Part shown: piece by piece, positions 11,621 to 23,700 of the stretch
How positions within the stretch are numbered: the stretch's first letter is position 1
Layout of the letters: each line of letters opens with the position of its first letter
Source of the DNA: Scyliorhinus canicula
Taxonomy: Eukaryota
Reading direction: 5' to 3'
Length of the DNA stretch: 64,000 bases
NCBI RefSeq assembly: GCF_902713615.1
Contig: NC_052146.1
Location: forward strand, 31,428,604 to 31,492,603
Program-made: the position numbers and the translations under genes
The notes under the pieces: generated by a model
The model's database searches: none
What the model saw: only the letters and a program-made list of their open reading frames with translations
Told to the model about the DNA's origin: nothing

Positions 11621-11923
11621 GTAGCACACGGGTTAGCACTGTTGCTTCGCAGACCAGGATCCCATGTTCAATTCCCAGCTTGTGTCACTGTCTGAGTGTA
11701 GTTTGCACGTTCTCCCCATGTCTGCATGGGTTTCCTCCGGATGCTCTGCTTTCCTCACACAAGTCCAGAATGACGTGCTGTTAGGTGAATTGGACATTCT
11801 GAATTCTCCCTCTGTACCCGAACAGGCGCCGGAGTGTGGCGACTATGGGATTTGTTTTCACAGTAACTTCACTGCAGTGTTAATATCAGCCTATTTGTGA
11901 CAACAATAAAGATTATTATTATA
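11621..11923 (+). mobile_element. V-SINE-type SINE with a Rex1-like 3' tail
   Basis: Same head and core as the HE1-type copies; tail TTTTCACAGTAACTTC...GTGACAACAATAAAG(ATT)n. Confidence 0.8.
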
Positions 11924-12194
11924 AATTATATATTCTTTATACTTCCTACAAATATTCCATCATTTCTACCTCCTAGTACTTCAATGGCATGGATGATTCC
12001 TCTCTCAGCTTTTAGCAATGTAAAAGTTACAACATTTTCATTGATTTAGAGCTCTATCATTAGAATGAACCTTCTTGCCTTTCTTTGATTCTTTTCAAAC
12101 AATTGAATCAACTTTTGAAGTAGATTCTAAGCACATCACTTGAACATTGACACAAGCGCAGCAATTCACAGAATGATGATAGGGAGGTTTATCA

Positions 12195-12390
12195 GCTCAC
12201 CAGCCTCTCTCACCCCGGCCTCACTACCCTGGCATCACTCGCCTTGGCCTCGCCTGCCCCGGCCTCATTCATCTCGGCCTCACTCACCCCAGCCTTGCTC
12301 AGCATGACCTCACTTACCTTAGCCTCATTCACATTGACCTCACTCACAACCCCAGCCTCCACACATGCCAAACTCACCCAAACTCCAGCT
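12195..12390. repeat. Degenerate ~15-bp minisatellite
   Basis: About 12 units resembling CTCACCCCGGCCTCA. Confidence 0.7.
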
Positions 12391-12464
12391 TTGTCCACAC
12401 GTAACTTTCTCTTCTCATCACTCCTGTTTGTGTTCCCTCCACAGTTGATTTTTTTTCTTCTACA

Positions 12465-12750
12465 AAAACATAGGAGCAGGAGTAGGCAATTCAATCCCTT
12501 CCATCTGTCAAGCCATTGGATGAGATCATGATTGATCTGAGATCCAACTCCATATACCTGGCTTTGCTCCATATCCCTTATTAACATTGGCTCACAAAAA
12601 TCTATCAGGCTGAACTAAAATTAATACTTGAGCTAGAATCAAATGCACTTTATGCAAAAGTGTTCCAAACTTAACTCATCCTTGTGCGAAGAAATGTTTC
12701 CTAATGTCACTCCTGAAATGTTTGGATCTAATTTGTAGATGATGCCTCTG
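12465..12750 (-). mobile_element. Old CR1 LINE 3'-end fragment
   Basis: CATAGGAGCAGGAGTAGGC..TTCA 3'UTR signature in reverse orientation. Confidence 0.65.
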
Positions 12751-12818
12751 TTGTAATATGTTGTTAAGGGATTGCAGCATGGTATCATTAGAAGGAAGTG
12801 TGACATGTGATCCAGTTT

Positions 12819-14052
12819 TAGAACAAAGAACAAAGAAAATTACAGCACAGGAACAGGCCCTTCGGCCCTCCCAGCCTGCGCCGATCCAGATCCTTTATCT
12901 AAACCTGTCTCCTATTTTCCAAGGTCTACTTCCCTCTGTTCCCGCCCGTTCATATACCTGTCTAGATGCCTCTTAAATTATGCTATCGTGCCCACCTCAA
13001 CCACCTCCGCTGGTAAAGCGTTCCAGGCACCCACCACCCTCTGCGTAAAAAACTTTCCACGCACATCTCCCTTAAACTTTCCCCCTCTCACCTTGAAATC
13101 GTGACCCCTTGTAACTGACACCCCCACTCTTGGAAAAAGCTTGTTGCTATCCACCCTGTCCATACCTCTCATAATTTTGTAGGCCTCAATCAGGTCTCCC
13201 CTCAAACTCCATCTTTCCAATGAAAACAATCCTAATCTACTCAGCCTTTCTTCATAGCTAGCACCCTCCATACCAGGCAACATCCTGGTGAACCTCCTCT
13301 GCACCCTCTCCAAAGCATCCACATCCTTCTGGTAATGTGGCGACCAGAACTGCACACAGTATTCCAAATGTGGCCTAACCAAAGTCCTATACAACTGTAA
13401 CATGACCTGCCGACTCTTGTACTCAATACCACATCCGATGAAGGCAAGCATGCTGTATGCCTTCTTGACCACTCTATCAACCTGCGTTGCCACCTTCAGG
13501 GTACGATGGACCTGAACTCCCAGATCTCTCTGTACATCAATTTTCCCCAGGACCCTTCCATTGACCATATAGTCCGCTCTTGAATTTGATCTTCCAAAAT
13601 GCATCACCTCGCATTTGCCTGGATTGAACTCCATCTGCCATTTCTCTGCCCAACTCTCCAATCTATCTATATTTTGCTGTATTCTCTGACAGTCCTCCTC
13701 GCTATCTGCAACTCCACCAATCTTAGTATCATCTGCAAACTTGCTAATCAGACCATCTATACCTTCCTCCAGGTTATTTATGTAGATCACAAACAACAGT
13801 GGTCCGAGCACGGATCCCTGTGGAACACCACTAGTCACCCTTCTCCATTTTGAGACACTCCCTTCCACCACTACTGCCTGTCTCCTGTTACCCAGTCAGT
13901 TCTTTATCCATCTTGCTAGTACACCCTGAACCCCATACGACTTCACTTTTTCCATCGACCTGCCATGGGAAACCTTATCAAACGCCTTACTAAAGTCCAT
14001 GTATATGACATCTACAGCCCTTCCCTCATCAATTAACTTTGTCACTTCCTCA
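12819..14052 (-). mobile_element. CR1-clade (HER1-like) LINE, 5'-truncated, relatively young
   Basis: ORFs 13896-14084 (DVIYMDFSKAFDKV) and 12978-13871 (SGVPQGSVLGP, KFADDTK, RPHLEYCVQFWSP); 3' tail (TTCTTTG)n. Confidence 0.95.
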
Positions 14053-14179
14053 CTTTTGCTTTTAAGCAGAGCGTACACAGACATCGCTGCTGCTGATGTG
14101 TCTTTAAGCTTTATACTTTTGTATGGTTAATCGCATATGTTTGACTTAAGAAATGAACACTTGTTTACCCAATCCATTA

Positions 14180-14895
14180 TAAGTGATTGGTGCCTTTATG
14201 TCATTATAAAAGCCACAACAGTCTCCTAATCCCTGATTCTCCAACCAGTGGGAATAGTTTCTCTAGATCTAATTTATTTTTTCCCCTTAATATTTTAAAA
14301 CCATTGATCAATTCACCCCTCACCTTTATAAATTCCAGAATACAATCCCAATTTGTGTAATCTCGCCTTGTTTTTTAAACTTTGGAGCCCAGGTATCCGT
14401 CTGGTAAACATCTGCAGTGATGCATCCATGGGCAATACATTCTTCCTAGGATCAAATACCCAGAACTGCTCATAGTACTCCAGGTGTCATCTGCCTCGGA
14501 CTTAATATAACTAGCTTAACTTCTACCCCCTCGTGCTCTTTTTTAAATGTTTCAATTAAGGGGCAATTTAGCCTGGCCAATCCACCTACCCTGCACATCT
14601 TTGGGTTGTGGAGGTGAGGCCCATGCAGACACGGGGAAAATGTGCAAATTCCACTCGTACTGTGACCCTGGGGCCGTGAAATGTTTTGGTTATTTTCTGC
14701 ACCTGTTCATGGCACCTTAATGATTTAAATATCTGGTTTCTTGCGTCTCTTTGGGCCTCCACTGTTTCCAGGTGTTCACCATTTAGAAAGTACTGTTCTA
14801 TCTTTTTGGGGGGTCCAAAATGGATGACCTCCATTTTCCGACACTGAAATCCATTTATCAAAGTTTAATCCGTTCAATTAATCGATCAATATCTA
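14180..14895 (-). mobile_element. Degenerate CR1 RT fragment interrupted by a SINE
   Basis: Residual KMEVIHFG..YFLNGEHLE and HLEY motifs. Confidence 0.6.
14538..14677 (-). mobile_element. Truncated poly(A)-tail V-SINE-type SINE
   Basis: Matches the body and AAATTGCCCCTTAATTG tail of 51056-51279. Confidence 0.7.
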
Positions 14896-16083
14896 TTTAT
14901 TATATCATGATTCCTCCACCTTTTCTAGCCTTTTTGCTTGCTCTTCTTTCTCCTCTTTCTAAACCAATTCTCCTTTTTGTCTTTGCAACAGTTTTCTGGA
15001 TCTGAAGGGCTGTTCTGTCTGGCTTCCTGAGCCTCAATTCATTTTTTCTATAACCGGACATTCGGGGCTCTCTGCAAGGATTGTTCCTCACCTCTGTGGC
15101 TTCCTGCATCACTGCTGCACTCAGCGTTGAAGGTCTCTGGGACTCGGGAATCTGTACTTTATTTCCTTCACGTGGAGTTCTCTCAAGCATTATTTCCTGC
15201 TGTGTTCCTGTCCCAGTTCTGCTTTTGTCGCATTCACTTTCTATGCCTCTGCACTGCACGTATTCTGGTGCTTCTCCCCACAATCTCTTTTAGCCATTAC
15301 ATTTATCTCATTGTGTTGTATTTATTTTCCTCTGCTGACTTTCCCACTCTTAATTTCCTGTGCTCCACAGACGGACAACTATTTCCACTGATCCCAGCGG
15401 ATTCTTGGGCTTCTCTTCCCACCTGTATTCGGACATGTTGCTCCTTCCTCTTTGGTTCTGGCTATTCCCTGTAATGAAATGCTACTTACAAGTCGCATTC
15501 GAGTATTCAAGTTGGAATGGTGCGCTGGCTCACTTTAATCTCTGGGATGAATGCTTCTCAGATATGTCCCGACCAGCTTCAATAGTGGAATGTGCCAATG
15601 AACAATAATCTGTTGAAGAGGCGAAGATTTCTACTGTTTGCTTGGATCAGTAGAAATGTGTTTACAGTTTTACTTGATACACAAAGCAATTCTTTCTTGA
15701 TTTTAGAATAACTCCTTTTACACACGGTTAAATAAAAAATAAATTATATTATTTGATTAGCTGTGTTGCTAACAACTTCTGCTGGTGTAAGTGGTAACTT
15801 TGACTTCATTTCTGTAATGTGTGATGTAATTGCCTCTAATGCTGTTTAATCCCACAAGCCTCTTGTTCCTCTGATTCCCAGTTGTTCCAGGGTTTCAGAC
15901 AGATCGAATTTCACCAATTAAAGGACGATAAAGGAGAAAAATTGTATTTACATAGCACGTTTCACATATTCCAAAACACTTCACAACTGCGAAGGATTTA
16001 AGAAAAATTGTCGATGTTTATTGTACAAAATTACAGCAAACTATGCGTACTGAGTCCTAAAAACAACAATGAGCTGAAAGTTA

Positions 16084-16302
16084 TTTTTTTTTTAATTTAG
16101 AGTGCCAATTCATTTTTTTTCCAATCAACTTAGCGTGGCCAATCTACCTACCCTGCACATTTTTGGGTTGCGGGGGTGAAACCCTTGCAAACACGGGGAG
16201 AATGTGCAAACTCCACACGGACAGTGACCCAGAGCCGGGATTGAACCTGGGACCTCGGCGCCGTGTGGCAGCAGTGTTAACCACTGCACCATCGTGCTGC
16301 CC
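16084..16302 (-). mobile_element. Short V-SINE-type SINE with poly(A) tail
   Basis: tRNA head GGGCAGCACGATGG...GGTTCAATCCC; tail GGAAAAAAAATGAATTGGCACTCTAAATT(A)n. Confidence 0.85.
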
Positions 16303-17187
16303 TGATGTGAACATTGTTGGATGCAGGATGAATATTGTCCGGGATATCTGGAGAAACCCATGCTCATCTTCAAAATGTACGATCAAGTATTTAATGTTTC
16401 CAGGAAAATATCAGAGAGATTCTTATAAATTGTATCTTAGAAATACAACAGTTATCCTTTTGTTATGCAGCTAAGTTTGCTTAATATAAACTTACCAATC
16501 TCACACAGGACTGGTAACTTAAACATAGCTTTGGTTTATTTGAAGATTTGGGACAGAATCATTCAGCAGAAAGATTTATGATACAGATTTAACAGCTATT
16601 GTTAATAGATAAGTGCAACTGCAACTCCTTTGCACAACATGTTGCTAGCTAAACGGAACGCAATTCTGAGCTTGCGCTTGAGCTTATTCTTTCTTAATGG
16701 ATTATCACAACAATAACCTCTTCAAAAAACAGGACACCTTATAAATGAAGTGTTAACCTTGCATACGTCCATATGTTTTAGAGCAAGATTTGAACCACTT
16801 CAATCTTTTGACTCAGAGGCAGGAGAGCTAGCACTGAGCCACGCTGGTCAACACTTCCAAAAATGGTTAGCAACTTTTGGCCAAACCATTGAATATATGA
16901 GTGAGGCAGCATTATATCTACGTGTCTTGCAAAGAAATCTATAAAGTAAAAACTAGATTTTTCTCAGCTGTCTTTTCATGGAGGGGCCATGTTGGATTTA
17001 TGCAGTCCTGGACTCCCTGACTTGCTGTCCCAAGTGGTGGAAATTGACAAAATGCTGAGGTCTTGTTCGAAGCACTAGAGTTAGTGATGGGATGGATAGG
17101 AGGGCAGTTAAATGTCATGGGTCAGGATATAAGGCTGGGGAAGACTGTGGAGGTGGCCTGCATAAATGCCATGGAGGGATTTGTCAA

Positions 17188-17305
17188 TGAAATGAAAATG
17201 AAATTAAATGAAAATCGCTTATTGTCACAAGTAGGCTTCAAATGAAGTTACTGTGAAAAGCCTCTAGTCGCCACATTCCGGCGCCTGTTCGGGGAGGCTG
17301 ATACG
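17188..17305 (-). mobile_element. 3' half of the tRNA SINE family with Rex1-like tail
   Basis: Matches 19372-19549 in reverse; (TTTCAT)n-type tail. Confidence 0.8.
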
Positions 17306-17654
17306 GAAGCCAGCGCAACTGGGCGGGATGAAGTAATGGGTAAAAGGATTTAATGAGAGACGAGTAAAGTGTTAATAGCAGGAGCACATGATACTGATGT
17401 AACTATGATGCAATGTTATATGATTATGTAACAGGCACGGTGGGAAGCAGAAGTACAACCTCGTACAGAGTCTTGAGATGTACACAGATCCATAAATAAA
17501 CAAGAATGGTTGTTACAAATAACAAACCACAGTAGAATTCTTTGGGGTTCAGGCAAACCCTAAAGAAACCATACTTAGACCCAGAATTCAAGACAAAACA
17601 AGATGGCAGCTGGTGGCTTGTGTCAGCTGTTTATGTGTACCATGCAAAACATTG

Positions 17655-18395
17655 GGCCTGCAGCACCGAGAATGACTCCGCTGTCAGACTCGACTCTGCT
17701 TTTTTTTCTGGCCTCGATGCGGACCCGCCGAGGCCACATTTACCTGAATTTCTTGTGAGCTCTTCAATACAGGAAGAGATCAAGGCGGCATTTTAAAATG
17801 TTGCCCCAATCTCTCACCCCCCTCCCCTCCCCACCGCGGCCCCACCAGTTATTACTTATTAGTGGATCCTCGAGCCCCCCTCATAAGGGCAGGGCCGCCA
17901 GATCCCATTCCCTGTAACGGCAAACTGTCACCCGGGGTCCTAGGCACTGCCTGACTGGCACCCGGGTGTAAGTGCCAAGGTGCCAGTCTGGCAGTGCCAA
18001 GGTGCCCATGTGGTTGTGGAAGTGCCAGGATACCACCCTGTCCAGAGCCCGACTACCCAGGGGCCTCCGAGAGACCACCCCCCCCACCCTGGTGCTATTA
18101 CGCTTGGTCTGTGTTTGTGTGGACCGGTGCTAAGCTGCGCCATGGCGAAGTATCCCAGGTGCGTGCTTTCGATCCCGGCCCTTGGGAGACTCCTGCGCAG
18201 GCATTATTAAGTGAGGCTAACTGCAAATCTGGATCCCGCCCAGTGAGGGCAAGATCCACATTGCGACATCTCGCGAGATCTCATTAGATCTCATGAGACA
18301 TCCCGAACAGCGCAAATCTCACGAGAGGTCTCCCGTGAAATTTAACTGCCTCGCCGCGTCCAAGTCAGGCGTGATGAGGCCGTACGATAGCACCC
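17655..18395. mobile_element. GC-rich non-autonomous DNA transposon relic, related to 33429-34400
   Basis: Shared GGCAGTGCCAAGGTGCCC and TCTCGCGAGA motifs; termini degraded. Confidence 0.5.
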
Positions 18396-18574
18396 ACAGT
18401 GGCAGCAGAGAGAGTGTAAAGACCCAGAAAAAATGCGCGCGAGGATTGCAAACCTCAGAATTCTTCGAAAAGGGTAGGAAGAAAGGTAGGAAGAATGGTG
18501 CATTGTGGGGGATGCGTGCTGAAGTTTACCTCATAGAATTCAAGCTGGATACTGAGACAGGTATTTAGTATTCA

Positions 18575-19343
18575 GTACCTGGTGGGTCGTGCTCCCACGT
18601 GTAATGGTGTTACCCACCATTACACATGAGAACACCCACCAGGTACGCGGTACATACTCGTGCAACCCAGCCAACTTTGTCTACCTCATACGCTGCAGGA
18701 AAGGATGTCCCGAGGTGTGGTACATTGGCGAGACCATGCAGATGCAGCGACAACGGATAAACGGACATCGCGCGACAATCGCCAGGCAGGAATGTTCCGT
18801 TCCAGTCGGGGAACACTTCAGCAGTCAAGGGCATTCAGCCTCTGGTCTTCGAGGAGGCATTCTCCAAGGCAGCCTTCAGAAAGCGCGACAACGCAGAATC
18901 ACCGAGCAGAAACTGATAGCCAAGTTCTGCATGCATAAGTACGGCCTCAACTGGAACGTTGGATTCATATAGCATTATAGTCACCACCCCCCCCCCCCCC
19001 CCCCCCCCCCCCCGCCACAATCTGGCCTGGGCTTACGAAATCCCACCAACTGTCCTGGCTTGAGCCAATTCACACCTCTTTAACCTGGGGTTACACCCCT
19101 CTCCAGTCGCACCATCTGGACCTGTAAAGACTTAATTACCTGCAAAGACTCGCATTCAAAGTATCATCCTGCATAATTGAATTTGTCTGTATATGTGTTT
19201 GTGGAATCCACCTCTTCATTCACCTGAGGAAGGAGCTGCGTTCCGATAGCTAGTGATTTGAAATAAACCTGTTTGACTTTAACCTGGTGTTGTAAGACTT
19301 CTTTCTGTGCCCACCCCAGTCCACTGCCGACATCTCCACATCA
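18575..19343 (+). mobile_element. Penelope-like element 3' fragment (GIY-YIG endonuclease plus 3' region)
   Basis: ORF 18589-18972 VYLIRC..WYIGET..RQRINGHR..PVGEHF..EQKLI..GLN; downstream hammerhead motif and AATAAA. Confidence 0.9.
19219..19257 (+). ncRNA. Minimal type I hammerhead ribozyme (mutated copy) in the Penelope element
   Basis: TCAC-CTGAGGA-A-GGAGC-TGC-GTTCC-GATA-GCTA-GTGA: stem I, CUGANGA core, stem II, and GAAA changed to GATA. Confidence 0.75.
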
Positions 19344-19371
19344 GTATTATCTGATCAGTATTATTTGACCA

Positions 19372-19549
19372 GGGGCTGGTTTAGCTCACTGGGCTAAATC
19401 ACTGGCTTTTAAAGCAGACCAAGCAGGCCAGTAGCACGGTTCGATTCCCGTACCAGCCTCCCCGGACAGGCGCTGGAATGTGGCAACTAGGGGCTTTTCA
19501 CAGTAACTTCATTGAAGCCTACTCGTGACAATAAGTGATTTTCATTTCA
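19372..19549 (+). mobile_element. Full-length tRNA-derived (Ile-like) SINE with Rex1-like tail
   Basis: GGCTGGT...ACCAGCC acceptor stem, A-box TAGCTCACTGG, B-box GGTTCGATTCC; tail CTTTTCACAGTA...GTGACAATAA. Confidence 0.85.
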
Positions 19550-20822
19550 AGTTAAATGGCTTAGAAATATCACATTTTTGGCAATTCCCATCCAGTTGCA
19601 GGATCCAGGATGGGCTACACTAAAAGTAATGGGCCAAGACTTGGCAAGATTAAGATACAAAAGTAAAGAAATGATGGGCCACTATATGTGCGAAAGAATC
19701 AGCAGTCATCATTACTGAGCAGAAAATTATGCTTGCAGCTGAGGTTCATTTACAAGGTTGATGAAATTGCTGACAAGCAGTCCAGTAATGTATTCAGGAA
19801 TGAATTTCGATCCCTATTTCCAAGCTCAGGCAGCTGAAAATAGAATATCACATAACCCTAATAGCAGATACTAGGCCTATATGCCTCTTTGCAGTGAGGA
19901 GGGCCCCTCACCCACCCCTAGACTAAGTCAAGAGTGAAATTGAACATATGTCACAAGACGTCATCTCTCCACTAACTATGCCGACCATGTGGTATTCTGG
20001 AACGGTCACAGTACCAAACTCTAACAGTTCAAATCAAATCTGTGTGGACGTGACTCAAGCAAACAAGTCAGCAAAGCACAGGGTCCTTCTGATGGCATGT
20101 GGATGGAAGCCTCAGCAAATTAGCAGAAAGGACCCTTTCCACAAAATTGGACGCGGGCAGCATTTTTTTCGCAGTTGCCTTTGGCTAAAGAATCCAGATT
20201 GCTCACTACTTTTATTATTGCATTTGGCAGTTACTGTTTAAACAGGTTACCATTCGGAATTGCATCTGCACCTCAGATATTCCAAAGTGTCGCAGACCGT
20301 GGAAGGCATGCAAGAAGTAGTAAGCTACATCGGTGACATTCCCATGCATGGTTCATTGAGGGGAGAACTTGACTGTCGAGTGAGTGCAGTCCTCAAAATC
20401 CTACAAGAAGTAGGTTTGACATTAAATGACAAATGTGAATTTGCAAAGCCTATGATAATATTCTTAGGCCACATTGTGCAAGCTTTGGGAATTATGGCTG
20501 ATCTGCAGAAAATAAAGATCATTAGAGAGTTCCCACAGCCTAAAAGCATCACAGGTTTACAAAGATTCCTTGGGATGGTCAACCGAGTGGGCAAGTTCTG
20601 ACCAAACCGGCCAGAAATCAGCAAGCATTTATGACAGTTGTTGATTTAAGGACAACAGGGTTGTCAGAATGTGGACCAGCAAAATGCTTTTGACAAGACC
20701 AATAATCTTCTAATTACAACAGATGTTCTAGCACACTATGATTCAGAGTTGCCAACAATTGTAGCAGCAAATTCATCATCTGAAGGCTTGTTTTAAATTC
20801 AAAAACGACACACAAAGATCAG

Positions 20823-21549
20823 GGGCGGGATTCTCCAACCCCCCGCCGGGTCGGAGAAACGCCCGGGGCCAGCATCAATCCCGCCCCCGCTGTGTATCGA
20901 ATTCTCTGCCACCCAAGAATCGGCGGGGGCGGGAATCGCGCCCGTCGGTTAGCGGGCCCCCCGCGGCAATTCTCCGGCCCACGATGGGCCGACGTCCCGT
21001 CGCTGACAATCCTCCCCTGCCGGCATGGATTGAACCACCTCTGGTACCTGCGGGATTGACGGTGCGGGCGGGCGCTGGGGTCCTGGAGGTGGGGTGGGGG
21101 GGCGCGGGGTGATCTGACCCCGGGGGGTGCCCCCACGATGGCCTGGCCCGCGACCGGGGCTCACCGATTGGTGGGCGGGCCTGTGCCGTGGGGGCAGTCT
21201 TTTTCTTCTGCCTTCACCATGGTCTTCACCATGGCGGACGCGGAAGAGACTCCCTCCCCTGCGCATGCGCCGGGATGACGTCAGCAGCCACTGAAGATCC
21301 GGCGCATGCGTGGACTTACGCTGGCTGGCGAAGTCCTTTCGGCCCCGGCTGGCGTGGCGCCAAAGGCCGTTCACGCCAGCCGGCGGAGCGGGAACCACTC
21401 CGGCGTGGGACTGGCCCCTCAATGTGAGGGCTTGGCCCCTAAAGGTGTGGAGAATTCCGCACCTTTGGGGAGGCCCGACGCCGGAGTGGTTGATGCCACT
21501 CCAATATGCCGGGACCCCCCGCCCCACCGGGTAGGGAAGAATCCCGCCC
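20823..21549. mobile_element. PIF/Harbinger-like non-autonomous DNA transposon (MITE)
   Basis: TIR GGGCGGGATTCT / AGAATCCCGCCC, 3-bp TSD CAG, inserted into Gypsy RNase H. Confidence 0.85.
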
Positions 21550-21689
21550 CAGTTCTTCCACTTCGAGATCTCTCATGGACACAGGAGTGTGATATGGAAC
21601 CATTGAGAAAGAAACATGAGCAGTCACATGGACCTATGAGAAGTTCTTTGATAATGTCATGGCATTAATGTTTAAAATTAAAACCAATC

Positions 21690-21860
21690 ACCAACATTGA
21701 GTAGATTCATGACAGAGATTGGTTGATTCTGGATATTAAAGATATCAAGGGTTATGGGGACTGTGCGAGAGAGAGGCATTGAAGTGGAATATCAAACATG
21801 ATCTAATTGAATGGTGCCACAGAAATGAGGGGCCGAGTGGCTTACACCTGCTCCTATCTC
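21690..21860 (+). mobile_element. Old CR1 3'-end fragment
   Basis: ATCAAGGGTTATGGGG...GAATGG...GGCCGAGTGGCTTAC.CCTGCTCCTAT 3'UTR. Confidence 0.6.
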
Positions 21861-22390
21861 ACTAAACCTTCCATTCCTCTTCATAACCTAAAAAAAATAG
21901 CAAAAATGTCACCTGGAATTCGACATTTTAGCTGGACACTCGGGAGATACGATTCAGTTACTCAGTACGTTGGGGAAGTACAAGTTGATAGTTGTTGCAT
22001 TATCATAAATATCAGTGGAAGGAGTCCAGCTGGAAGAGTTAAACTTTATCTAGGAAGTAGAAGCATATACTTCATTCATACTAAATACTTAACAGCCACT
22101 GAGAAGAGAATACGAGAGATTAAGTAAGCACAACAGCAGGATGACTAGTGCATAAAAATAAAAGAGTATTGCCAGACAGATGGCCAAGTATACTCAGAAC
22201 AACCCAGTATTTCAACAACACATCAACCAGACAAAACATCTCACTATCATCAAAGATTTCTTAGTGTTTCCCGAAAACACTTTGACTCGACTTTATTTAG
22301 AAAATCTATTAAGGCTGCTTGGAAATAGTGAAATGCCAAATAGGAGCCCAATTTGGTGGCCAACCATCAGTCACGCCATTTAAGAGTTAA

Positions 22391-22703
22391 TCATAGAATC
22401 CCTACAGTGCAGAAGGAGGGCATTTGGCCCAACAAGTCAGCACAGACCCTCAGACAGAGCACTCCACCCAGGCCCACTCCCCCACCCTATCCCCAGAATC
22501 CCACCTAATCTACAGACCATTGGACGCCAAGGGGCAATTTTATCATTGTCAATCCACCTAACCTCCACATCATTGGACTGTGATAGGAAACTGGAGCACC
22601 CGATGGAAAACCATACAGACACAGGGAGAAAGTGAAAACTCCAAGGCTGGAATCGAACCCAGGTCCCTGGTGCTGCGAGGCAGCAATGCTAGCCACCATG
22701 CCA
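22391..22703 (-). mobile_element. HE1/V-SINE-type SINE
   Basis: Head, core and TTCTGCACTGTAGGGATTCTATG tail. Confidence 0.85.
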
Positions 22704-23569
22704 TTGCTTTATGTATGCAATAAATAGCCAATAGCAGAATGAACCAATGACACCCTTCACTTTTCCTTTGAGGCCATGGCAGTACCTGAGAATGGGTTTA
22801 TTTGAGTTATGATTTGCAGGTTATGTCAGGAAAAATTCAAGGGATCAATGAAGAAGCTGGGATTGGAAGCCAAGAAATGGTATGAATAAGGGTTTCAGCA
22901 GGGAAGGTGAGGTAAGGGCAGTGGTTTATATAGGTGATCTTACGGAGGTACAAGTAAGGAATCCTATGCTGAATAGACGATGGAATTTGCAGCTCAGCTC
23001 AGAGTTCAATAGGACACTAAAGTTCCACACTACCAAAAGCTGCCTGAGTGAGTATCTAGGGAGGAGAATGGATACACAATTTTTGTGAGATCTGAGGAAT
23101 ATTGCTAATATTTACTTTGTATGATTACATAGTGTATAATCTGTGACCTGCTGAATACACAGGAACTCTGTGGCGATTGACAAAGCTACACCTGCCAACC
23201 TTTATCAGGGCTGGTTCCTCTACAGCAGACAAAAGGCCACTGCAGATAGAGAAATAATGGCAAATCTCTATCTGGGCTAAATCTTTCCAAGAAATTGGAT
23301 AGATTTCTTGGACCACGGAAACTAATAGCATAGGTGGAGGTTAGTTATTTTGCACATTACACCTGTGGTGGCACTTTTCTAAAGCAACCAAAAATATCTT
23401 TGAAGCAGATTTATGCGGTAAAGTATGGACAGAATTGATCAAAAGTCAGGGATTTTGAAAGATCAAAGTGATGCTTAATTTGGGGTCATCAATTGCTTTT
23501 TATAAAGAACGCTAACTTTTAAAAGAGGGGTCATTGCACAATACTTTTTTCTTATAAACTCCAGTACCA

Positions 23570-23700
23570 GGGATAGGGTGGAGGTGTGAGGATAGGGTGG
23601 AGGTCTGGGCTTAGGTAGGGTGCACTTTCCAAGGGACTCTGCAGATTCGATGGGCCAGATGGCCTCCTCCTGCACTGTAAATTCTCTGATCTATGATCTA
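23570..23700 (+). mobile_element. HE1-type SINE 3' fragment
   Basis: GATGGGCCAGATGGCCTCCTCCTGCACTGTAAATTCT tail. Confidence 0.7.

Larger units (their letters stand above)
18490..23430 (+). mobile_element. Highly degenerate Ty3/Gypsy pol region broken by nested insertions
   Basis: Protease FKLDT (about 18540), RT VISPLT.PT.W...QICVDVTQ.NK (19948-), LTLNDKCEF..FLGH..LQRFLGMVN (20260-20601), RNase H LAHYD..IVAANSS; continues after the MITE at 21550; a possible 5' LTR lies near 17400-17575. Confidence 0.75.

Noticed and set aside
14900-15608. Several 80-127-aa ORFs in non-repeat DNA
   Set aside because: No recognisable domain or consistent splice structure; pyrimidine-rich strand bias explains them.
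19372-19460. tRNA gene
   Set aside because: The anticodon/variable region is expanded and non-canonical, it is fused to a SINE tail, and it is multi-copy in this window.
20819-21668. Overlapping GC-rich ORFs, also at 24475-25185, 54933-55478 and 63130-63977
   Set aside because: They lie within TIR/TSD-bounded MITEs; high GC explains the scarcity of stop codons.
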